64,000 bases of DNA from Dehalococcoidia bacterium (GTDB taxonomy: Bacteria > Chloroflexota > Dehalococcoidia > Lucifugimonadales > UBA1127). Shown one piece after another: positions 56,908-64,000 of this stretch; position 1 is the first letter of the stretch; each line of letters begins with the position of its first letter. Both the position numbers and the translations under genes were made by a program. The notes under the pieces were generated by a model. The model was not told the DNA's origin. It searched no databases and saw only the letters and a program-made list of their open reading frames with translations. Where the stretch lies: assembly GCA_963694315.1 (NCBI GenBank), contig CAVOCU010000001.1:9276-73275 (forward strand). Reading direction: 5' to 3'.

Positions 56908-57015
56908 CCCCAGAGCGAGCCTTGGACCCGGGCTACCTGGCGGGTACCAAACAGAATTTGGCGAGGCACTTGAGTAAGAAAAATTACAATCTGTAATGAA
57001 TCCTAGGAGGATACG

Positions 57016-57609
57016 ATGGAGCCATTCAAAAAGCACTCAGGCGTGGTGATGCCCCTGGACCGGGTCAACGTAGACACGGACCAAATCATCCCCAAGCAGT
57101 TCTTGAAACGGGTTGAGCGTGATGGGTATGAGGATTTCCTGTTCTTTGACTGGCGCTTTGACGCAGATGGGACGCCGAACAAGGATTTTGTGCTGAACCA
57201 CCCGGGCTACAAAGACGCGTCCGTGTTGGTGGCTGGTAGGAACTTTGGATGCGGTTCATCGCGAGAACATGCACCCTGGGCACTTCAGCAGTACGGGTTC
57301 AAGGCAATCATCTCACCAAGCTATGCAGACATCTTTTACAACAACTGCTTCCAGAATGGCTTGCTTCCGGTGACGCTGGACGAGGTCTCCGTGGCGCATA
57401 TCACGGCGCAGGCCAAGGAGATTCCTGGCTACGAGGTGACCGTTGACCTGGAGAACTGTGTAGTCTCTGACAGTGAGGGTTTCAGAGCTTCTTTCAGTCT
57501 GGACGAGTTTAAGCAGTATTGCTTGCTGAACGGCCTGGACGATATTGGCATCACCCTTCAGGATGAGGGCGCTATCACGGCGTACGAAGCAAAGCAGCAG
57601 GGCGCGTAG
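57016..57609 (+). CDS. leuD: 3-isopropylmalate dehydratase small subunit
   Basis: VNVDTDQIIPKQFL and GRNFGCGSSREHA. SD AGGAGG. Confidence 0.95.
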   Translation: MEPFKKHSGVVMPLDRVNVDTDQIIPKQFLKRVERDGYEDFLFFDWRFDADGTPNKDFVLNHPGYKDASVLVAGRNFGCGSSREHAPWALQQYGFKAIISPSYADIFYNNCFQNGLLPVTLDEVSVAHITAQAKEIPGYEVTVDLENCVVSDSEGFRASFSLDEFKQYCLLNGLDDIGITLQDEGAITAYEAKQQGA

Positions 57610-57638
57610 AGCAGCCCGGGCTTAGGAACGACAAAATG

Positions 57639-57670
57639 AAAAGGGCTCCGCTACTACGGAGCCCTTTTCT
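57639..57670. terminator. bidirectional terminator ending the ilv-leu operon
   Basis: AAAAGGGCTCCG-ctacta-CGGAGCCCTTTT. Confidence 0.85.
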
Positions 57671-57689
57671 ATTGGGACAAGAATAGAGC

Positions 57690-58043
57690 CTACTTTTTAA
57701 ACAGGCCAATCACGTTGCCATCGAGGTCTGCGAAGAGGGCCATAGTAACGGAACCGGGGACGTCCATGACTTCCATGACTACAGTACCGCCAAGGGCCAC
57801 TGCCTTATCTAGATAAGCCTGAGGATCGTCAACCTGGGCGTAGACGGAGACACGTGGGTTTCCCCTGTTTGCGCTGCCAAGTCCGCCGTTGATGCCAGAC
57901 TCACCGCTTTCCCTGGTGTACGCCATGCCGTAAGCGAAGGGATTGTTGGTGTCTATCCTCCACTCGAAGAGGTTTCCATAGAACTCCTGGGTCTTCTTGG
58001 CGTCTGATCCCATGATTTCAAAATGCACCACCGGGTTTGGCAT
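57690..58043 (-). CDS. VOC family (glyoxalase-like) protein
   Basis: 117 aa with NPVVHFEIMGSDAKKTQEFY. Confidence 0.75.
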   Translation of the reverse strand: MPNPVVHFEIMGSDAKKTQEFYGNLFEWRIDTNNPFAYGMAYTRESGESGINGGLGSANRGNPRVSVYAQVDDPQAYLDKAVALGGTVVMEVMDVPGSVTMALFADLDGNVIGLFKK

Positions 58044-58117
58044 CGCGGCCCTCCTCAGATATAAAATCGCGTTATTGGTACGTTATCTCAATAGCTAATA
58101 TAATGCTATTGAGCGCC

Positions 58118-58564
58118 CTATCTGGCGGTCCAAGGGTCAGAACCTGGATCGTTGCCGGTGGCCGCAGCGGTAAGTCGCTCAAGGTAGTGATCCCAGCCCA
58201 TACCGTGGGATTCCCTATCAAGTTCAGGGAGACCGGAGTGTCTGAGGCGTACCACGATGGCCCCGCCATCTTCGGTGAGCGTAATCTCCACCGTGGAGGT
58301 GCCTGGAGTCACCAATGTGTCCTCAGACTCCCATCCCCAGGTGAACACTACCTTGGTGAAGGGTGAAATCTCCACAAAGGACCCACTGGCGATGTCATTG
58401 CCAGTGACATTGACGCGATAGATACCGCCGGGCGTGGGGTCGGCCTCGGCAGAGATGCCCATCCAGTGTGTCATCTTCTCTGAATCTGTCAGGAACGGGA
58501 AGATTGTCTCAGCGCGAGCGCCAATACGGACTTTTCGCTCCACAAAATCTGGCAGGCTTGTCAT
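58118..58564 (-). CDS. SRPBCC (AHSA1-like) domain protein
   Basis: 148 aa with the typical AHSA1/START-like pattern. Confidence 0.7.
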   Translation of the reverse strand: MTSLPDFVERKVRIGARAETIFPFLTDSEKMTHWMGISAEADPTPGGIYRVNVTGNDIASGSFVEISPFTKVVFTWGWESEDTLVTPGTSTVEITLTEDGGAIVVRLRHSGLPELDRESHGMGWDHYLERLTAAATGNDPGSDPWTAR

Positions 58565-58730
58565 GAGATGTTGATGCTCTCCTCTCGGTTAAAACCAAAG
58601 GGTCATAAGGCTGTGTTTCAGCGATGGTATACCATTCACTCGCCCAAATGGGGTGAACATGACAGAGTAAGCCGGTCTCAGATATAAACGACCCGGGCAT
58701 TCCTCATTCTACAGCTATACTGTAATTTGT

Positions 58731-58764
58731 AGGTAATACAACTACAATTGTAGTTTTATTACCT
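58731..58764. promoter_or_regulatory. 34-bp near-perfect palindrome AGGTAATAcaACTACAATTGTAGTttTATTACCT
   Basis: One mismatch. The core ACTACAATTGTAGT is perfect. Lies in a 590-bp unassigned spacer. Confidence 0.55.
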
Positions 58765-59101
58765 ATTCAGCTACGAACTGTGGAAGGGATACCCTGCCGT
58801 CTTGGACTGCATACTCTTGACGTTGGAGCTGCGGCTTTCTATGCTGCGGCTCGACGAATGTATGAGGAGTGTGGCCACGCCAGAGTTTACGCTGCACCTG
58901 AATCAGGAGCTGAAGCGTGACGTGCCATCTAAGGCTGTGCCGATAATAGACAACGGACGCGGCGGCCTGTGTTTTATCTGATGCTGGCAGAGGAACCGAG
59001 CATGGCCCATGTGGACGTTGATGAGTGGACTACGGTGAATCCACTGGTAGAGGTAGTGCCTGCAGGGTAAGACGTGTCAGTCTGATTTGGGATATAAAAA
59101 G

Positions 59102-59133
59102 GAAGAGGCTCGGGTTTATTCCCGGGCCTCTTC
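59102..59133 (-). terminator. intrinsic terminator of the Rieske5-amidohydrolase operon
   Basis: On the minus strand, GAAGAGGCCCGGG-aataaa-CCCGAGCCTCTTC followed by CTTTTTTAT. Confidence 0.8.
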
Positions 59134-59152
59134 TTAATGACAAGAACGTTCT

Positions 59153-60328
59153 CTAACCAGACGTAGCGACTTCCGTAAGTGCTTCCAGGCCAAAGAGGTT
59201 TGCGGCGTTGTCCCAGAGGATCTTCCGTTTGTTGTCGTCGGACACGCCCTCCAATGCCAGGAAGGTGTTCACTGCCTCCGGGAAGATGGAATCGCTATGG
59301 GGGTAGTCCGTGGAGAACAAGAGTTTGTCAGCCCCCATGTAATCGATGGTGTACTTGATGGGTGACTCCTCAGGCTCGATGACCGAGTAGCACTGTCGCT
59401 TGAAGTACTCGCTGGGGAGCATGGACAGCTTGATTTCTAGGTCAGGCGCATTGGTCTCCCACTTGTCGTCCAGCCTCCAGAGGAACCAGGGCAGCCAACT
59501 CGCATTGACCTCTAGGAAGGCTGGCTTCAGGTTGGGGAACCGCTCCAGCACGCCGCCGATGATGAGCTCCGCCAGTTGGGCTTGGGCGTGGACCGGGCCT
59601 GTCATGGTGTTTCCGACGACACCCATGCCCTTGTGCCCGAAGTAGCGATGGTTGTAGTTGTCCTTCAGGTTGTAGTTAGCGGGCGGCCCGTGCATCCCGA
59701 AAGCAGTGCCGAGTCGGTTCATCTCTTCCCATAGCGGGTCAAAGAACTCATCACAGAGCAGGTTGCCGTTCACTGCGCCACCGGTCATGGCCACGGCCAC
59801 CGCTCCAAGCTCTTCTACAGCACGCTTGGCCTCACCCGCTGCCAGCTTTGCATCCTGAGGCGGTACCCATGCCCAGAACTTGAAGCGGTCTGGGTGATGG
59901 CTGACAAACTCTGCGGCGTAATCGTTGTAGACCTGGCAAAGGGCCAAGGCGTGTTCCGGATCCAATCCATCGTACCGGACGATGCCCATAGCCGCTGTGG
60001 GCATGAACACGCCGATGTCTATGCCTTCGATGTCGAACCCTTCCAGGAAAACGTCAGGCTCAGGGTTCTGCGTGACCTTCAATAGCTCCGGCACTGCGGG
60101 GATACGCCGGAGGCTGCGCTGCCGCACCATGGGGTTAGAAGCTATTGGTGGCTTCACCACGCCCTCAATCTCAATGCGAGCGCCGCTGCCCTCTGCAATG
60201 CCGCCGTTTTCTGGCCTCACAATCTTTGTCCGAGACCTGAAAGGCTCCGGCAGCTTCTCCATCCAGAGTTCCAGGGGCTCCAGCAGATGGGGCTCACTAT
60301 CGATGACCTTGAAGCCGTTCTTCGCCAT
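59153..60328 (-). CDS. amidohydrolase-2 family protein
   Basis: 391 aa with the FSTDYPHSD terminal metal motif. Lies 32 nt downstream of Rieske paralog 5. Confidence 0.85.
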   Translation of the reverse strand: MAKNGFKVIDSEPHLLEPLELWMEKLPEPFRSRTKIVRPENGGIAEGSGARIEIEGVVKPPIASNPMVRQRSLRRIPAVPELLKVTQNPEPDVFLEGFDIEGIDIGVFMPTAAMGIVRYDGLDPEHALALCQVYNDYAAEFVSHHPDRFKFWAWVPPQDAKLAAGEAKRAVEELGAVAVAMTGGAVNGNLLCDEFFDPLWEEMNRLGTAFGMHGPPANYNLKDNYNHRYFGHKGMGVVGNTMTGPVHAQAQLAELIIGGVLERFPNLKPAFLEVNASWLPWFLWRLDDKWETNAPDLEIKLSMLPSEYFKRQCYSVIEPEESPIKYTIDYMGADKLLFSTDYPHSDSIFPEAVNTFLALEGVSDDNKRKILWDNAANLFGLEALTEVATSG

Positions 60329-60360
60329 GACATCCTCCGTAACAGGGTAGTACCAACTTG

Positions 60361-61620
60361 CTAGACCAGAGCGTGCCCTGGGTCCAAGGGACGAGCCTCC
60401 TGCCAGGTGATGTTTGCGGGCTTCGTAAAGTCATCACCGCGGATGAGTTCATAGGTGATGGACGCAGCCAACCCGGGCGGATCTATGCCGTCAGTGTAGC
60501 CGCGGACAGAGTCTGCCAGCAGTCGCCGCATCGCGATGATGGCGCGGTCGCTGGTGCCAAGGTGCTCCCGCGTGCGGTCATAGATGGCTCCCATGGTCTC
60601 CTGGACGGCGTGGTCCTGGGTGCGTGTGCCGAAGATGCCTGAGAAGCCCCGGGACTTCATTGCCTCCCGGTCTTGCAGATACCAATTATCGAAGTTTCTC
60701 GCCTTCCGAAACCCGGGTTGCAGGTCATGGAAGCCGAACTGCTCAATGCGGTCTGCGCGCTCCTGGGCTGTGAAAGGACGCTCCTCGTTGAAGCCGATCT
60801 CCCACTGCCAACAACTGAAATCATCGCGAGGCACCCAGATGGAAAAGCCGGTGGTGCGGCCAGGAGCCCCGGGAATGTAGGCATAGAACGGAAGGATATA
60901 GGGCGTCATGCGCACGTACTCCTCGCTGTCGCTGGCTCGCCTGACGGCGGCGTACCTGTAACCGTAAGACGTGTACTCAACCTCCAGGCGTGGGGCAGTG
61001 TCCTTCATCACAAGGGCGTTTACCGGATTTCCCCACCCGGTGCGTACCCCGCTGAAAGAGCGGTGCAGGAACGAGGCGTGGGAAGAGTCTATGCCACCCT
61101 CTAATCCTTGGAGGTAGTTGCTTTCTTGAATGGTCTTGATGAGCACAAGGTGATCATCCGTCACCTTTGTCCACTGGAAGGCTGGGAACGGGGGGAGTTT
61201 ATCTGCCGGCCCCATATACGCCCACACAATGCCTGCCACTTCCTGAACCGGATAGGCCCGGGCCTGCACCTTATCTTTGAAGTTGCTGGCGGAGGGTTCT
61301 GAGGGCATGTCCAGGCAGTTGCCGTCAACATCGAATTTCCAGCCGTGGTAGATACACGTTAGGCCGCAGTCCTCGTTGCGACCCAAGGCCAGGGATGCGC
61401 CGCGATGGGGGCAGTACTCTTCCATAACGCCTACCTTCCCATTGGTATCGCGGAAGGCAATCAAATCCTCGCCCAGGAGTTTGAGGCGTATGGGAGTGCC
61501 GTCGTGTTCGCGGATTTCGCTTGCTATGAAGGCCGGTATCCAGAACCGACGCATCATTTCACCCAAGGGCGTACCCCGGTCAGTCCGAGTGATGAGATTG
61601 TTCTCTTCCTTGGTCAGCAT
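60361..61620 (-). CDS. Rieske [2Fe-2S] oxygenase, alpha-only type (paralog 5, most divergent)
   Basis: CPH-x16-CIYH plus DSSHASFLH. Confidence 0.9.
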   Translation of the reverse strand: MLTKEENNLITRTDRGTPLGEMMRRFWIPAFIASEIREHDGTPIRLKLLGEDLIAFRDTNGKVGVMEEYCPHRGASLALGRNEDCGLTCIYHGWKFDVDGNCLDMPSEPSASNFKDKVQARAYPVQEVAGIVWAYMGPADKLPPFPAFQWTKVTDDHLVLIKTIQESNYLQGLEGGIDSSHASFLHRSFSGVRTGWGNPVNALVMKDTAPRLEVEYTSYGYRYAAVRRASDSEEYVRMTPYILPFYAYIPGAPGRTTGFSIWVPRDDFSCWQWEIGFNEERPFTAQERADRIEQFGFHDLQPGFRKARNFDNWYLQDREAMKSRGFSGIFGTRTQDHAVQETMGAIYDRTREHLGTSDRAIIAMRRLLADSVRGYTDGIDPPGLAASITYELIRGDDFTKPANITWQEARPLDPGHALV

Positions 61621-61658
61621 GCTCTCCCCTTAAATATGTAATGTTGAAATAATTGTAG

Positions 61659-61853
61659 CTACTGGGTGTCGTCATCACGCCAGCGTTTGAACGTGAAGGC
61701 AAATATCGTAAGTGCGACGCCAAAGATGGCGAACGTGTAATTTTTAACCCAGAGAGGGAAGCTAGTGCCAACCTTGTCAGCAAAGATGAACCCCAATACC
61801 AACAGGCCAGAGAACAGCATGACTTTGCCGAAGAAGTTGTGTGCAGCCTTCAT
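61659..61853 (-). CDS. hypothetical two-TM mini membrane protein (64 aa)
   Basis: ATG 61853 behind AAGAGGGG. Two hydrophobic helices. Confidence 0.4.
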   Translation of the reverse strand: MKAAHNFFGKVMLFSGLLVLGFIFADKVGTSFPLWVKNYTFAIFGVALTIFAFTFKRWRDDDTQ

Positions 61854-61994
61854 TTGGTACCCCTCTTTTGGCCTGGGCGCTGAGTGCAAAGGATAAAACC
61901 ACAACGCAACGGCCAACATTGGAAACCTCGGCCATTATACAGAGGGGCACAGTAGAACGGAAGGAGGTCTTTGGGGGTGGGAGGAACCCAGGCG

Positions 61995-62327
61995 CTAGTA
62001 CGTGATCATGCGTTGGTCGTCAAAGGTGTGGCTCCATGAACCCGGGGCATAACTGCTTGCCGGTACTGTGCTGGACATGATGATAGTAGCGGCACTTCCG
62101 GTAGCAACGGAGAATTTAACTCCACTACCATGTACGGAGGTAGCATTCAAAGCTGCCTCACGAATAAACTCCGATGTCTTCTTGTTGGCTTGGGCAGCGT
62201 GCTCGGTCACTCGGTTGAAGTCCGCACGGGGAAACGCTACCGAAACGATTGCACGATCCCCTGGTGAGGACTGCTCATCTGTTGTGGGCTGACCTTGTTC
62301 TGGGGTCTTAAACGATTCTTGTACCAC
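61995..62327 (-). CDS. ribbon-helix-helix (CopG-like) domain protein
   Basis: IVSVAFPRADFNRVTEHAAQANKKTSEFIREAAL fits a beta-alpha-alpha RHH pattern. GTG start behind AGGAGAA. Confidence 0.5.
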   Translation of the reverse strand: MVQESFKTPEQGQPTTDEQSSPGDRAIVSVAFPRADFNRVTEHAAQANKKTSEFIREAALNATSVHGSGVKFSVATGSAATIIMSSTVPASSYAPGSWSHTFDDQRMITY

Positions 62328-62349
62328 AGCTTTGTTCTCCTATGTGTCC

Positions 62350-62378
62350 TTGACAGATTACAGTGGAAATACTACATT
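62350..62378 (+). promoter_or_regulatory. sigma-70-type promoter TTGACA-N17-TACATT overlapped by palindrome ACTACA-tt-TGTAGT (62371-62384)
   Basis: Read directly. Lies in the divergent spacer between the RHH gene and ORF 62417. Confidence 0.6.
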
Positions 62379-62416
62379 TGTAGTGTATTGTAGCTTATGG
62401 GGTAGGAGATACACAA

Positions 62417-62860
62417 GTGGAAATCCAGTGGCTCATGTTGGCGGACGCCGCAGAGGTTGTTGCAAACAAGCTGTATATCATGGGTGGTGGCTGGGAAGTG
62501 CTGACGGTGAACACGCCGTTCCCGGTGGCGCGACACTGTGCTGTAGCTATTGCTGTACGGGTTCCCTGGCAGGAGACCAACCAGCAGAGCACGCTGGAAG
62601 TGGAAGTAGCTACGGAGTTTGGGCAGACCCTGGGTAAGATTACCGGGCACTTTGAGGTAGGCCGGCCTCCAGGTATTCGTACTGGGCAGGATCAGCTTAT
62701 GAAACTGGCTGTAGACCTTGATTTGAATCTGGATGGCCCCGGGCGATACTTTATTATGGGCAATGTGAACGGGCAGACAAGTACCCGTATGATGTTTCAG
62801 GTTGTGCCCGGGCCTTTGCTTGTAGCCAGTGGAGGAAGCCCACCTATCGCGCCTCAGTGA
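62417..62860 (+). CDS. conserved-looking hypothetical protein
   Basis: 147 aa. GTG start behind AGGAGA, downstream of a TTGACA-N17-TACATT promoter. Family not recognised with confidence. Confidence 0.5.
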   Translation: MEIQWLMLADAAEVVANKLYIMGGGWEVLTVNTPFPVARHCAVAIAVRVPWQETNQQSTLEVEVATEFGQTLGKITGHFEVGRPPGIRTGQDQLMKLAVDLDLNLDGPGRYFIMGNVNGQTSTRMMFQVVPGPLLVASGGSPPIAPQ

Positions 62861-63128
62861 ACCTTAGGTTCCTTTGTAGGGGCGGGAGCGAAATCTCACC
62901 CCTTTTTGTTTGGCTAGTCAAAATGCCTTCACCAACGTTGACCGTGGTGCTATCTGATGCTAGCTTGCTGGTTAACGAATAAGGGGGCCTTCCTGGCTTC
63001 TCCGTGTAGCTAGTACCCCACAAATACCATCCAAGAATGGTATGATTATGCGTCCAAACGGCGACAGATAGCTGTATTTCTCTGTTCGCTATTATGTGTA
63101 ATCTCGTTACATTACAAGGGGGCTAGGA

Positions 63129-64000
63129 GTGACTAAAGAGACCTTGAGCGGAGCTGAAATAGAAGAGCTGAAGACTATGGCAGCGGCGCACTTCTGGCCG
63201 CACGCTCGCCAGGCCGGTGACATGACCGATGAGACGGGCATCAAGCTGGTGGTTAGAGGCAAAGGCGTATGGGTGGAGGACGCTCAGGGCCAGCAGTGGT
63301 TTGATGTGATTTCCGGCATGTGGCTGAAGAACATAGGCCACGGGCGGAAAGAAATTGCCGATGCGGTCTATGAGCAGATGCTAGACATCAGCTACACGCC
63401 CGGGGGAACGGTAGCGCCGGTAACGGCCAGGCTGGCCGCCAAACTGGCAAGCATATCGCCGGACAAAGACTCCCGGGTGTTCTTCGTCAGTGGAGGCTCA
63501 GAGGCTGTGGAGACTGCGCTGAAGATGGCCCGGAAGTTCCACACGAACAACGGCGAAGCATCTCGGTTCAAGTTCATCGCTCGCAGGGGCTCCTACCACG
63601 GGACAACCTTCATGAATATGAGCCTGGGTGGTGGCAGCGTGGCATCACCCTCAGACTTTGGGCCGCTGATGCCGTACACGTACAACATTGCTCAGCCGGG
63701 CGAGTTCAAGTGCAACCTGTGTCGGGACCGTAGCGGCTGCGACCTTGATTGCGCCCGGGACTTGGAACGCACCATCCTGGAATTGGGGCCGGACACGGTA
63801 GCCGCGTTTATTGCAGAGCCAATCTCCGTGGCCAGCGGCGTGCATGTGCCCCACCCGGACTACTGGCCTACTATTCGGGAAATTTGCGACAAGTATGGCG
63901 TCCTCCTCATCTGCGACGAGGTCATCACCGGATTTGGTCGCACGGGGAAGTGGTTTGCTACGGAGCACTGGGGCATCAAGCCGGACATCTTCACCGTGGC
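63129..64000 (+). CDS. class III (omega) aminotransferase, N-terminal about 290 aa (runs off the window end)
   Basis: Hand translation: ...FFVSGGSEAVETALKMARKF...CDEVITGFGRTGKWFATEHWGIKPDI. Absent from the ORF track because it has no stop in the window. The GTG 63129 start is tentative; ATG 63177 is the alternative. Confidence 0.85.
   Translation, partial: MTKETLSGAEIEELKTMAAAHFWPHARQAGDMTDETGIKLVVRGKGVWVEDAQGQQWFDVISGMWLKNIGHGRKEIADAVYEQMLDISYTPGGTVAPVTARLAAKLASISPDKDSRVFFVSGGSEAVETALKMARKFHTNNGEASRFKFIARRGSYHGTTFMNMSLGGGSVASPSDFGPLMPYTYNIAQPGEFKCNLCRDRSGCDLDCARDLERTILELGPDTVAAFIAEPISVASGVHVPHPDYWPTIREICDKYGVLLICDEVITGFGRTGKWFATEHWGIKPDIFTV

Noticed and set aside
1-64000. Search for tRNA, rRNA, CRISPR arrays, restriction-modification, toxin-antitoxin or known defence operons.
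   Set aside because: I saw no cloverleaf-type conserved tRNA arms (GGTTCGAATCC-like), no rRNA-like segments and no regularly spaced repeats. I also saw no methyltransferase-nuclease pairs and no phage or integrase genes. The window is metabolic and housekeeping in character.

Overview
A 64 kb chromosomal window, mid-50s % GC by eye, densely coding, with no rRNA, tRNA, CRISPR array, transposase or integrase seen. Most of it is accessory oxidative catabolism. There are five full-length paralogous alpha-only Rieske [2Fe-2S] oxygenases (6448, 10685, 18599, 30981, 60361) and a roughly 50-nt remnant of a sixth (37509). Each is wired to different partner enzymes: two luciferase-like monooxygenases, two amidohydrolase-2 enzymes, a PEP-mutase/isocitrate-lyase family enzyme, class II aldolases, a TPP enzyme, an acyl-CoA synthetase, gentisate 1,2-dioxygenase, dienelactone hydrolase, and cupin, VOC and SRPBCC proteins. 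A split molybdenum hydroxylase (coxG/M/S-like divergent from the large subunit) is also present. Housekeeping blocks are a zur-znuACB-like metal uptake operon, a glycine-betaine-type ABC importer with fused ATPase and permease, glyA, and an ilvB-ilvN-ilvC-leuA-leuC-leuD operon behind a clear Leu (CUC) T-box leader. The gene content (paralog expansion of Rieske and flavin monooxygenases, T-box use, a DUF5679 mini-gene) suggests a Chloroflexota/SAR202-like organism. That assignment is inference only. The most interesting points follow. (1) An AhpD-like gene carries an in-frame TGA exactly at the second Cys of its CxxC motif, followed by a 17-nt SECIS-like hairpin, making it a candidate selenoprotein. 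(2) The Rieske paralog island has no reductase or ferredoxin partner in the window. (3) A recurrent AT-rich ATTACA/ACATTAC/CTACAAT motif family includes three exact copies of the 13-mer ATTACAACATTAC. It sits just upstream of Shine-Dalgarno sites and inside long perfect palindromes. (4) There are several decay signatures: a TAA-split aldolase, the Rieske remnant and a MobA-like tail. I found no recognisable defence or mobile system. The only nuclease is an orphan TM0106-type RecB/Cas4-like protein.
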